Assembly (NCBI GenBank): GCA_031279205.1
Contig: JAITIX010000100.1
Coordinates: 1-59,143, forward strand
Source: Treponema sp.
GTDB lineage: Bacteria > Spirochaetota > Spirochaetia > Treponematales > Breznakiellaceae
DNA length: 59,143 nt
Direction of reading: 5' to 3'
Part shown: piece after piece, positions 17,115-26,093 of the stretch
Numbering within the stretch: the first letter of the stretch is position 1
Layout of the letters: every line of letters begins with the position of its first letter
The notes under the pieces: generated by a model
What the model saw: the letters and a program-made list of their open reading frames with translations, nothing else
Database searches by the model: none
What the model was told of the DNA's origin: nothing
Position numbers and translations under genes: made by a program

Positions 17115-18410
17115 TTTTGCTCTCGGGGAAATCACCTCAAACCCGCAATAGGGCACCAGGGCCTTGGGGAGGCGAACCGAACCGTCGGCTTGCTGAAAGT
17201 TCTCCAACACCGCGATGATACCCCGGGACACCGCCAAAGCAGTCCCGTTGAGCATGTGGACAAAGCGGTTTTTTCCAGTCTCGTCTTTGTATCGGACGTT
17301 AAGCCTGCGGGCCTGATAATCGGTGCAGTTGGAGGTGGAGGTTACCTCTCCCCATTCGCCGCCATTCGGGGAAGGAGGGTTGGCCCTTCCGGGCAGCCAG
17401 GCTTCCAGGTCCCACTTGCGGTAAGCCGGGGCTCCCAGGTCTCCGGTACAGGTATCCACCACCCGGAAGGGGATTTCAAGACCAGCAAAGATTTCCTCTT
17501 CCACCAAGCGGAGTTCCTCGTGTAAGTGGTCCGACTCTTCCGGCAGGCAGCAGACGAACATCTCTACTTTGGTAAACTGATGCACTCGATACAAGCCTTT
17601 GGAAAACTGCCCTGCAGCCCCGGCTTCCCGGCGAAAACAGTGGGAAAGCCCGGCCATCCGCAAGGGGAGACGATCCTTGGGCAGGATCGTGTTGGCATAG
17701 TAGCCCCCCAGGGTAATCTCCGCAGTCCCTACCAGGCAGGTTCCCTCCTCCTCCAAGGTATACACATTAGACTCTGCCCCTCGGGGGTTAAAACCAATAC
17801 CTTCAAGAATTTCCTCTTTGGCAATATCCGGGGTGATATAGGGGGTAAAGCCCTTTCGCGTCAGTATATCCAAAGCATACCGGATAAGTCCCAGTTCCAA
17901 AAACACCCCTTCGTTTTTAAGATAGTAGAATTTGGTCCCTGAAACTTTGGTCCCGGTGTCGAAGTCGATGATGTCCAAGTCCTGCCCGAGTTTCACATGG
18001 TCTAGCGGCACAAAATCAAAGGTTTTCGGCACGCCCACCCGTTTTACTTCCAAGTTATCCTTATCCTCTTTACCGATAGGCGCCTCAGGATGGGCCATGT
18101 TGGGGATACGCCGGCCTTCGACCGCGAGGTCCCGCTCCACCTGGGCCAGGGTTCCTTCTAGTACGGCAATACCATCTTTCAGCTTTTTTCCTTCCTCCAT
18201 GAGGCTGTTCCGTTCCACCGCGTCCTGGGTACGTTTCATGGCAGCGGCATTGGCGTTCCGCTGTTGTTGCAGGGATTGCAAGGTCTGGGTCAACTGGTTC
18301 CTTTGATTAAAAAGCGCTACGACTATATCCGCATCCGCCTGCATATACCGATGGGCGATATTTTGCTTCACCTCGGAAAGATGGTCTAGGATGAAACGAT
18401 AATCTAACAT
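17094..18410 (-). CDS. serS: Seryl-tRNA synthetase
   Basis: 438 aa with an N-terminal coiled-coil arm and a class II core (FRREAG..., GTALAVSR). Its 3' end overlaps the convergent tatD by 21 nt. Confidence 0.9.
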   Translation of the reverse strand: MLDYRFILDHLSEVKQNIAHRYMQADADIVVALFNQRNQLTQTLQSLQQQRNANAAAMKRTQDAVERNSLMEEGKKLKDGIAVLEGTLAQVERDLAVEGRRIPNMAHPEAPIGKEDKDNLEVKRVGVPKTFDFVPLDHVKLGQDLDIIDFDTGTKVSGTKFYYLKNEGVFLELGLIRYALDILTRKGFTPYITPDIAKEEILEGIGFNPRGAESNVYTLEEEGTCLVGTAEITLGGYYANTILPKDRLPLRMAGLSHCFRREAGAAGQFSKGLYRVHQFTKVEMFVCCLPEESDHLHEELRLVEEEIFAGLEIPFRVVDTCTGDLGAPAYRKWDLEAWLPGRANPPSPNGGEWGEVTSTSNCTDYQARRLNVRYKDETGKNRFVHMLNGTALAVSRGIIAVLENFQQADGSVRLPKALVPYCGFEVISPRAKSKSDAK

Positions 18411-18667
18411 AATGAGGTATTATACCACTTGAGGCTTCCCCATACAAGAGCGCGCGTTGCCTCATCCGGCAGTGGTTCCCCGCTATCCCTCCCGTATGTC
18501 CCCTTCGCAACCGAACGGGCTGCCTGATTAAGGTCTTCCGGCCTCTGAAGCTCCTTTGGTAGTACCTGTACAATCTTTATTCCGGTATAATCATCCGTAC
18601 ATCCCAAAAAAGAAAATAAAAGAAAAAACAATAGCCCTGAAATACTAAAGTCCCTTTTATTTTTCAT
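18404..18667 (-). CDS. Small putative lipoprotein
   Basis: MKNKRDFSISGLLFFLLFSFLGC is a signal peptide ending in a lipobox-like LGC. The stop overlaps the serS start by 7 nt. Confidence 0.5.
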   Translation of the reverse strand: MKNKRDFSISGLLFFLLFSFLGCTDDYTGIKIVQVLPKELQRPEDLNQAARSVAKGTYGRDSGEPLPDEATRALVWGSLKWYNTSLC

Positions 18668-18928
18668 ATTTTCTTCTGATTAAGAGTCATGATTTCAAAT
18701 GATGACATTGGTAGCTATAAAGGCTACCATTCATTTTTATCAATCCTTTCCGTTAATTCAAGTATGGCGGTAATTTCCCGGTAGTCTTCATCGGAAAGGG
18801 ACCCGGCAAATTGCAGATAATCCCTGCTTCCGTTTGTTTCGGCGTCGTCGTCAAGAACGGTTACTATGGCGCTCTGGTTTTTGGCGGGCCTTATCTGCCG
18901 CCTGTAAAACGGTACCTATTACCCAACC

Positions 18929-19792
18929 TCACGAAGCAGGATTCGGAGTACCACCGGGACTCATCTGTTCAAGCTGGTCCAGCGTATACCCTTGTTTCAA
19001 TAGCCCTATAGCTTCTTCCCAGCCGTTTTTTTTACCCCTGGCCTCGCCCCTAGCCTCGCCGCGTTTCTCCCACTTGGCGGTTAGACCGAATTCTTCCATC
19101 AGTTCTGTCATCATTTCATCTAAAGGCAATGTTCCCTCTGCCATTTTGAATACCTCCCATATAGTCTTCTTGTTCGCCCTTAATATCGCGTGTATATACG
19201 CCCCAAGCTCCGCCACCCGCTCCCGCTTGCGGCTCTCTTCCAGTATAGCACCCGCCACCGCCGCACTCAAGTCGTTACTCAGCCCCTTCAGCCACAGGTT
19301 CTCCTCAAACAGCAGTTTCTTGCTCTCTATCACCTGAATAGCCACTGGATACCCACTAACCACATAAATCCCCGCAGAAGTCATACTTACACAACAGTTC
19401 TGCTCCTTCCCTAAATACGTAAACAACTCACGGGGATAGCGGGTTTCTATAATGCTGACGGTCATATCCCGCGTATCGGTCTTGTTAAGTGCGGCGTACA
19501 GGTAGGCGTAACTGAGTACCTTGTAGAAATCGTACACCGAAAAATAATCTTCAGGGCTTTTGTACTCAAGAATATTGACCTGTTTGAATATGCGGGCAAT
19601 GTTCTTTTCAATGAGCAGTTCCGGGGTTTTCTTGACAATGACTAGGTCGATTTCCAGAGGCTCGGCGTTAAGCTGATATTCGCTGGTGAACTCAAGGGCG
19701 TCTTGGTACTGTTCCAGTTCCAGTTTGAGAGCTTGGACGAAGGCGGGGTGCCATGGGATAGGGGAAGATGAAGGGGCTGTCTGCTGTTCCAA
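18929..19792 (-). CDS. PD-(D/E)XK nuclease-superfamily protein (Rpn/'putative transposase'-like)
   Basis: I trimmed it to TTG 19792, which lies 7 nt after AAAGGAGG. It has D...ExK-type motifs (PLEIDLVIV ... NILEYKS). Its C-terminal EKRGEARGEARGKK repeat plus short helical tail resembles the tail of the Rpn gene at 47331-48305. The upstream 160 codons of the track ORF are antisense to smc. Confidence 0.6.
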   Translation of the reverse strand: MEQQTAPSSSPIPWHPAFVQALKLELEQYQDALEFTSEYQLNAEPLEIDLVIVKKTPELLIEKNIARIFKQVNILEYKSPEDYFSVYDFYKVLSYAYLYAALNKTDTRDMTVSIIETRYPRELFTYLGKEQNCCVSMTSAGIYVVSGYPVAIQVIESKKLLFEENLWLKGLSNDLSAAVAGAILEESRKRERVAELGAYIHAILRANKKTIWEVFKMAEGTLPLDEMMTELMEEFGLTAKWEKRGEARGEARGKKNGWEEAIGLLKQGYTLDQLEQMSPGGTPNPAS

Positions 19793-20009
19793 AGGGGAAC
19801 CTCCTTTATGCAGGGTAGGGTAGAGGAAAAGGGGGATTATAGCAAGGCGGATGGCCGTTCTCACCGCGTAGTGAGCGCCAGACACACCGCACAATGAAGA
19901 ATTCTTAACTTGTTGACATAGCGTATATTGCTGCGGGTGATACAGTACGCGCAACGTGATTGCGACGCTCTCACGCTTTAGGGTATGATCGCCCAAAGGG
20001 AGGGTTGTC

Positions 20010-22964
20010 TTGTTCTTAAAGTCGCTGGAGATGTCGGGGTTCAAATCATTTGCTGACCGGACTACGGTGGAGTTTACCGATGGGATCACCGCGCTGTTGG
20101 GGCCTAATGGTTGCGGCAAGTCTAACGTGGTGGACGCCATTAAGTGGGTATTGGGGGAACAAGCGTCAAGGTCTTTGCGGGCTGAGAAGATGGAGGATGT
20201 CATCTTTAATGGCACGGAGAACCGCAAGCCGCTCAACATGGCTGAGGTCAGCCTCACGCTGGCCAATGACACGAGAATTTTGCCGCTGGATATGTCGGAG
20301 GTGCAGATAAAACGTCGTCTCTACCGTTCCGGGGAGAGCGAATACTTCATCAACATGGTGCAGGTGCGGCTCAAGGATGTACGTCAGCTCTTCTGGGATA
20401 CAGGCGTGGGCAAGGCGGCGTATTCGGTGATGGAGCAGGGTAAGATCGACCAGGTTTTGTCATCAAAGCCTGATGAGCGGCGCTATCTGTTTGAGGAAGC
20501 GGCGGGTATCACCCGGTTCAAGGTAAAGGGTGTGGAGACTGAGCGGAAACTTGTTAAGACTGCGGAAAATATGCGGCAGGTCGAGGGGATTCTGGGCGAG
20601 GTGAAGCATACCTACGATAGTCTGAAAGCTCAGGCCGACAAGACCTTGAAATATCGCACCCTGCGCGACGATATCTTTAACTTCGAGCTTGATATACAGC
20701 TCCTGCGCTTAAATCAGTTTCGTTTCGAGGCTGCCATTAGGAGCGAAGACATGGCTAAGCGCACGACTGAACGGGACGCTTTACGGGCTGAACTGGACGA
20801 GGCAAACAGGTCTCTTGAGGAGAACATGGATGCGGTGAAGGCGCTGGAAGACAAACTGGTTGACTATCAGCAGAAGATTTATGGACTGGCGATTGAGCGT
20901 AACGCGAAAGAGAAGGAAGCGAAGTTTCTGGCGGAACAGCGAAACGAGAGTAAGGCCAAAATCGCACAGAATGAGGGTCGGGAACGGACCGTATCCAGCA
21001 AGATCGAGGAGCTTACTGAGGATGCTGGGGAGCGGGATGGTGTGGTACGCGATCTGCGTAAGAAGGGTGAAGATATCCAGACAAACATCGCGTCGTTTGA
21101 GCAGAATATCCACCTTGCCGCGGCGCGGATTGGGGATAATGATAAGGCGACCCGCACCGCGGAGCTTGAGATTAGGGAACTTGAGACAAAGCGAAGGGGT
21201 TATGAGAAAGACCTTGAAACTATCACGGACGATATTGTGGCTGCCCTTGACGCAGGCCTTAAAGAAGCGGGCTATTCGGCGACCGAGCGGCGCAACCTTG
21301 AGGAGCGGCTCGTCGAAGTTCTGAGCCGCCTGAAAACCTCGCTTGCTGGACGGGAGGTGTTGCTCAAGGATCTGGCGCAGACCGCTGATAGTGCCATGAC
21401 CACAGGTATGGAAAACTTCAAGCGCATTGCCACGGGGCTTGTCGCAGCTTTGTCCGAGGCGGCGAACAACGTGGATACGGCGCTCGCTCTGTTTGGGTCT
21501 TACCAAAAGATCACGCCTTCTTTTATCGATGAATTTCTTGCTCCAGAAGGGATTATCACCAAGAAGCGAGCGTTTGACGCCCGGATTCGCGCGAACAAGG
21601 ACAGCGTTGAGTCTTTGCGAGAAAGAATTGTGGCGCTTCGCAAAGACAATGATGATCTGGGCGTGAAGATTAACGAGTACCGCGCCACGCTTGAAGAACT
21701 ACGTGTAAGCCGTGTGCGTCTGGCGACTCAGGCTCAGTCTGCTGAGGAACAGGCGCGTCTTATTCGCCGCGAGCTTGCGGGACAGGAGTCCCTGCTCAGG
21801 ACTGTGCGCGATGAGCTTTTTCTTGATCAGAAACGTTTTGAGGAAATCGGCGAGCGTATCTCTGACACTGAGGAAGAGATTGCCAGCATTGAGCGCAATG
21901 GCCACGAGATGAGCGCCGCGCTTGAGTATCTGGAAACGGACATTGCGAGGCAGAATGACGCGATGGCTGGTAAACGGGAAGTCATCAAGGAAAAAACCGC
22001 TGCCCTGAGTAAGGTGCAGGAACGCCTCGAAAAGTTGCATCTTGAACTGGTGCAGTCTGAAATCGAGATTAAAAACATTCAGGATAACTTCAGGGAGACT
22101 CATTCCCGCGATCTGCTTGAGTTTGAAGACCGCATTGAGAAGATTGCCGCATCTGCCCCGGCGCTGCGTGAAGAGCTGGCCGCAGCGAGGAACGCTCTGA
22201 AAAACATGGGGCAGGTGAACCTGATGGCTCCGGAAGAGTTCACTGAAACCAAGGAACGCTACGACTTTCTTTCTAGCCAGCTTGCGGACATTGCCAAAGC
22301 GCGGGACGACCTTGAAAACATTGCCGCTGAAATCCGCGCTGAGTCTTCGGCGCTCTTTTTATCGACCTATAACAAAATTAAGAAGAACTTTCACAATATG
22401 TTCCGGAGGCTCTTTGGCGGTGGGCGGGCTGAACTGCGTCTTCAGGACCCCAACCATGTGCTGGAATCAGGTATCGAAATTTTTGCCCAGCCTCCGGGTA
22501 AGAAGCTGGAAAACATTTTCCTGCTTTCCGGTGGTGAAAAGTCTATGACGGCTGTGGCTCTGCTCTTTGCCACCTACATGGTTAAGCCGTCGCCCTTCTG
22601 TCTGCTTGACGAGATTGACGCGGCGCTCGACGAGGCCAACGTGAGCCGTTTTGTGCTGACCCTGCGGGAGTTTGGTAATGCGAGCCAGTTCATCGTCATC
22701 ACGCATAACAGGAAAACCATGATTGGCGCGAGTACCCTTCTTGGTGTAAGTATGGAAGAATCTGGCGTTACGAAAGTGGTTTCTGTGCGTCTTGAAAACG
22801 AGGAAGCCATTCGCGACGAACCTATACTTAATGAGGCCTACGAAGAAGAAGAGATCGAGCCGGAGACTGGCCGTGAACTCCCTGTGGGCATTGACGATCC
22901 GGCTTTGGTCAGCGAGGAAAAGCTGCGTCCCATTAGGTCGCGGCGTATAAGCCACTATGCTTGA
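20010..22964 (+). CDS. smc: Chromosome segregation protein SMC
   Basis: 984 aa with Walker A GPNGCGKSN, long coiled coils, the signature LSGGEKSM and Walker B LLDEIDAALD. The start is TTG with an AAGGGAGGG RBS. Confidence 0.9.
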   Translation: MFLKSLEMSGFKSFADRTTVEFTDGITALLGPNGCGKSNVVDAIKWVLGEQASRSLRAEKMEDVIFNGTENRKPLNMAEVSLTLANDTRILPLDMSEVQIKRRLYRSGESEYFINMVQVRLKDVRQLFWDTGVGKAAYSVMEQGKIDQVLSSKPDERRYLFEEAAGITRFKVKGVETERKLVKTAENMRQVEGILGEVKHTYDSLKAQADKTLKYRTLRDDIFNFELDIQLLRLNQFRFEAAIRSEDMAKRTTERDALRAELDEANRSLEENMDAVKALEDKLVDYQQKIYGLAIERNAKEKEAKFLAEQRNESKAKIAQNEGRERTVSSKIEELTEDAGERDGVVRDLRKKGEDIQTNIASFEQNIHLAAARIGDNDKATRTAELEIRELETKRRGYEKDLETITDDIVAALDAGLKEAGYSATERRNLEERLVEVLSRLKTSLAGREVLLKDLAQTADSAMTTGMENFKRIATGLVAALSEAANNVDTALALFGSYQKITPSFIDEFLAPEGIITKKRAFDARIRANKDSVESLRERIVALRKDNDDLGVKINEYRATLEELRVSRVRLATQAQSAEEQARLIRRELAGQESLLRTVRDELFLDQKRFEEIGERISDTEEEIASIERNGHEMSAALEYLETDIARQNDAMAGKREVIKEKTAALSKVQERLEKLHLELVQSEIEIKNIQDNFRETHSRDLLEFEDRIEKIAASAPALREELAAARNALKNMGQVNLMAPEEFTETKERYDFLSSQLADIAKARDDLENIAAEIRAESSALFLSTYNKIKKNFHNMFRRLFGGGRAELRLQDPNHVLESGIEIFAQPPGKKLENIFLLSGGEKSMTAVALLFATYMVKPSPFCLLDEIDAALDEANVSRFVLTLREFGNASQFIVITHNRKTMIGASTLLGVSMEESGVTKVVSVRLENEEAIRDEPILNEAYEEEEIEPETGRELPVGIDDPALVSEEKLRPIRSRRISHYA

Positions 22965-23044
22965 GCAAAACAGGAAAATGCCATGGACGCTATCGACAGC
23001 GTCTCACTACTCAAGGACGCCGCAACCATTGCCCTGAAAGACAA

Positions 23045-23066
23045 AGTCCGCCATTGCGGGCGGACT
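23045..23066. terminator. Hairpin between convergent smc and the hypothetical gene (weak bidirectional terminator candidate)
   Basis: AGTCCGCC-attgcg-GGCGGACT gives an 8-bp stem, followed by GTTTGATTAT. The U-tract is poor. Confidence 0.35.
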
Positions 23067-23072
23067 GTTTGA

Positions 23073-23771
23073 TTATACGGGGGACGAGACGTATTCTTCC
23101 GCCGGCTCATCAGGAGGGACTGGCGCATCTTTGGGACGACGGCCGCGTTTCTTAGGCGCCGCGATGTCAGGGGTGCTGCTGGACGGCTCATGGAGGGCAG
23201 GTGCTGACAAGGGGCTCCCTTGTGAAAATGTTTGCTTGGTTTGCTCATAGGACTCAAGCAATTGCCGTTCCTGCTGTTCCAGGCAGGAAAGCATCTCAAG
23301 AACCTGGCGGTAGGTGTTATCGCTGTCCTTCGCCGCTTCCCGCTGGGCTTCAATATCAGCCAGCGCAGAGGCAGTGCATTCCAGAGTTGCGAACAGTTCC
23401 TTTGTAATCTGGCCGTTGCGGGCAAGATGCTGGACAAAGCGTTTTTTGTTACCTTCATAAGCCTTGTTCAGATACACATATTTCAGCAGTTCCAGCAGAG
23501 TATCCGGCTCAAAGCCTTTGAGTTCAGCGCCGACTACCTCAATAATGACATCACAGCAATCCTCATCATCATAGCCCCGTGCAGCAGGCCGCACCTTTTC
23601 ATCAAAGAACCGCCTACATTCATCAATGAATGCCTCTTCCACCGGCGACGCACAAAGCTCCCGCAGGCACTCCTCGTTACACTCCTCATCCAGCGAAGAG
23701 AAGAGATACAGAGCCTTCAGCAGTCTGTTCCTGACTCCCTGAGTTCCCTCCGTCTTTTTTGTTCTACCCAT
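23073..23771 (-). CDS. Hypothetical acidic, Cys-rich protein with a C-terminal AT-hook-like basic motif
   Basis: 232 aa with no family recognised. The N-terminal half is rich in Cys, Glu and Asp. The middle is predicted helical, and the tail contains KKRGRRPKD. Confidence 0.5.
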   Translation of the reverse strand: MGRTKKTEGTQGVRNRLLKALYLFSSLDEECNEECLRELCASPVEEAFIDECRRFFDEKVRPAARGYDDEDCCDVIIEVVGAELKGFEPDTLLELLKYVYLNKAYEGNKKRFVQHLARNGQITKELFATLECTASALADIEAQREAAKDSDNTYRQVLEMLSCLEQQERQLLESYEQTKQTFSQGSPLSAPALHEPSSSTPDIAAPKKRGRRPKDAPVPPDEPAEEYVSSPV

Positions 23772-23798
23772 TCCGTACTCCTTGTTACCGTAATACTA

Positions 23799-24401
23799 TT
23801 ATTGTAGCACAAATTCCTGGCCGCGTTCATCAAGCACCTTAAGCGACGAGAGATTGAGACAATAGTAGGGATACCCGTCTTCCTCATAAGAACCGAACAC
23901 CCCTACTGCCTCTACCCACTCATTGTCCCGCGGATAAACCGGCTCCTGCTTTTCCCAGATTACCTCAAAGCCTGCGTTCCCATCATTACCACAACAGCCC
24001 GGGCCATAGCGGATCACAAAGTAGTAGGGAGGAATCTGCGTGCCGTTGTCCTGTGTCATAAACAGACCTTCCAGCTTGATGGTCTTGCCAACATAGTCAT
24101 CGGGGTTAAGATAGACATCATTCACTTGGGCTATGAACATCTTTTCCTTTATTTCGACGATGTTGCTGCCGTCTTTGGCCTTACCCGCGCTGAACACGCG
24201 GCTATCATTGTTATAACCGAGGGTAAACATGGATGGTGCAGGGGCGGTTTCCGGCCCACTAGAAGACAGCGACACAGGGGATATCTTGACTTCGCTGTTC
24301 ACACTCGACAGTGCGGACGACACTTTGGCGCCGCCACAGCCGCTCAACAAAAGCGTCGCTGCGGTCAGACACACGGCTGTTAATCGAATCTTTTTGTTCA
24401 T
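23799..24401 (-). CDS. Lipoprotein with a GPGCCGNDG motif (possible metal-handling accessory protein)
   Basis: It has a signal peptide and lipobox (LLLSGC). The C-terminal domain reads YYFVIRYGPGCCGNDGNAGFEVIW. Its start overlaps the stop of the ABC-3 permease by 4 nt. Confidence 0.6.
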   Translation of the reverse strand: MNKKIRLTAVCLTAATLLLSGCGGAKVSSALSSVNSEVKISPVSLSSSGPETAPAPSMFTLGYNNDSRVFSAGKAKDGSNIVEIKEKMFIAQVNDVYLNPDDYVGKTIKLEGLFMTQDNGTQIPPYYFVIRYGPGCCGNDGNAGFEVIWEKQEPVYPRDNEWVEAVGVFGSYEEDGYPYYCLNLSSLKVLDERGQEFVLQ

Positions 24402-25255
24402 GAAAAAACCTCCCTTGTAGTTCTAAACTGTTTGAGAAACCCAAGCAGCGAAAATACACAGAACATCGCTATGTTAACTATAACCACACTCGCGCCAGTC
24501 GGGGTTTCTTCAACAAATGAAAACACCACGCCAATGAAGAATGACCCTACCGATACCAGCGCAGCACAGATGGTAACCACACTGAACCGCTTGCACAAGC
24601 GCATACTCGTGAGCGCCGGGAAGATGATGAGCGCGGATATGAGGAGTGCGCCCATCATCCGCATACCCAGCACAATCGTGATGGCCGTGAGCAGGGCGAT
24701 AAGCATGTTGTATACGCCGGTTCGGGTTCCTGTGGCTCGCGCAAAGGTCTCATCAAAAGTTACGGCAAAAATCTTATGGTAGAATAGTACAAAAAGAATG
24801 AGTACCACAATCGACAGGCTGACACTGAGGTACACATCGCCCTTGTTCATGGCAAGGAGACTACCAAAAAGATAGTTACAAACATCCGTATTCATGCCCG
24901 TGGTCATGGAGATTACGATTACACCGACAGCCAGAGAACCTGTTGAAATGATAGCAATGGCCGAGTCTCCCTTGATGACGCTGTTTTCGCTGAGGCGCAA
25001 GAGCAGAAAGGCCGCCAACACCACGACTGGAATGGAGACCGCAAGCGGTGCCATGTTCAGCGCCGTGGCAATGGCCAGCGTGCCAAAACCCACGTGAGAA
25101 AGCCCGTCTCCAATCATTGAATAGCGCTTGAGTACCAGACTGACGCCCAGAAGACTGGCGCATAACGATACAAGAAACCCAACAATCACAGCCCTAACCA
25201 GAAAGGTGTATGAGAGCATCTCTGCTATTGTTGTAAATAGGTTAAAATTATCCAT
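24398..25255 (-). CDS. ABC-3 family metal (Zn/Mn/Fe) ABC transporter permease (ZnuB/TroC-like)
   Basis: 285 aa and polytopic. LGVSLVLKRYSMIGDGLSHVGFGTLAIA and the later FDETFARATG are typical of the ZnuB family. Confidence 0.8.
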   Translation of the reverse strand: MDNFNLFTTIAEMLSYTFLVRAVIVGFLVSLCASLLGVSLVLKRYSMIGDGLSHVGFGTLAIATALNMAPLAVSIPVVVLAAFLLLRLSENSVIKGDSAIAIISTGSLAVGVIVISMTTGMNTDVCNYLFGSLLAMNKGDVYLSVSLSIVVLILFVLFYHKIFAVTFDETFARATGTRTGVYNMLIALLTAITIVLGMRMMGALLISALIIFPALTSMRLCKRFSVVTICAALVSVGSFFIGVVFSFVEETPTGASVVIVNIAMFCVFSLLGFLKQFRTTREVFS

Positions 25256-25289
25256 AGCTTTTGTTGTATTACCTCAAGGTTGCTCGTGT

Positions 25290-26093
25290 CTAGTCGAAAT
25301 TGGGCAACACGCCGGCAAGGGCGTCGTCTATCGTGAACACGCCACTGCGGTTTGTTACCAACCACTCGGCGGCAAATAACGCACCAGTGGCAAAGCCTTC
25401 ACGATTGCGGGCGCTGTGGCGCAGTTCAATGGTGTCAGAAGCAGAGTCAAAGATGACGCTGTGTATACCCGGCACAGAACCCACGCGGAGGCTGGCAAAG
25501 TGCAGTTCATCCGGCGTGGGTGGACGGTCAAGCTTATCCCAGACAGCGGTCTGCTTTTTCCCATGGGTTGCAACGCCGACCCAATCCACGAGGGTTTTCG
25601 CAGTACCAGAGGGGCTGTCGGCCTTCTTGTTGTGGTGAATCTCCAAGCCACCCACATCGTAGCCGTCAAAGAGTCTCACCAGTGAGGCGGTATATGCGGC
25701 GACACGATAAAAAAGGTTGACACCAATGGAAAAATTCGAGGCATAGAGCAGGGCGGAACCAGCAGCCTCTACCACCCGTTCCACTTCGGGAAGCTGCTCA
25801 TACCAGCCGGTCGTGCCGACAACAGTCGGAACCTTGATCTCTGCAAGCGTCGTGATGTTCGCCACCGCCGTATCAGGCCGCGTGAACTCAATGGCGACAG
25901 TGGAACCATCCTCGTTACTCAGAGTAGCGGGGCTTATATCCGCAATACTCTTGTAAACCTCTGCTCCAGAGAGAGATAGCTCATCAGTCGCAAACGGGTC
26001 AACAAGCGCACTCACCTTGTGTCCACCCTCAAGCGCCTTTTGCTCAATGAGCTTACCCATCTTACCGTATCCAACTATGATAAGGTTCAGCAT
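25290..26093 (-). CDS. dapB: 4-hydroxy-tetrahydrodipicolinate reductase
   Basis: It has the N-terminal Rossmann motif IIVGYGKMGK, then GLEIHHNKKADSPSGTA. It overlaps the lysC stop by 7 nt. Confidence 0.8.
   Translation of the reverse strand: MLNLIIVGYGKMGKLIEQKALEGGHKVSALVDPFATDELSLSGAEVYKSIADISPATLSNEDGSTVAIEFTRPDTAVANITTLAEIKVPTVVGTTGWYEQLPEVERVVEAAGSALLYASNFSIGVNLFYRVAAYTASLVRLFDGYDVGGLEIHHNKKADSPSGTAKTLVDWVGVATHGKKQTAVWDKLDRPPTPDELHFASLRVGSVPGIHSVIFDSASDTIELRHSARNREGFATGALFAAEWLVTNRSGVFTIDDALAGVLPNFD

Noticed and set aside
19793-20272. N-terminal 160 codons of the 447-aa track ORF 18929-20272
   Set aside because: This part runs antisense to the well-supported smc start region and has no protein-like sequence. 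A strong AAAGGAGG-N7-TTG start at 19792 fits the conserved nuclease-like part.
22955-23458. 167-aa minus-strand ORF overlapping both the smc 3' end and the 23073-23771 gene
   Set aside because: It is an alternative frame of the better-supported 232-aa ORF and overlaps the smc stop. Its composition is Arg/Ser/Pro-rich and typical of an off-frame translation.
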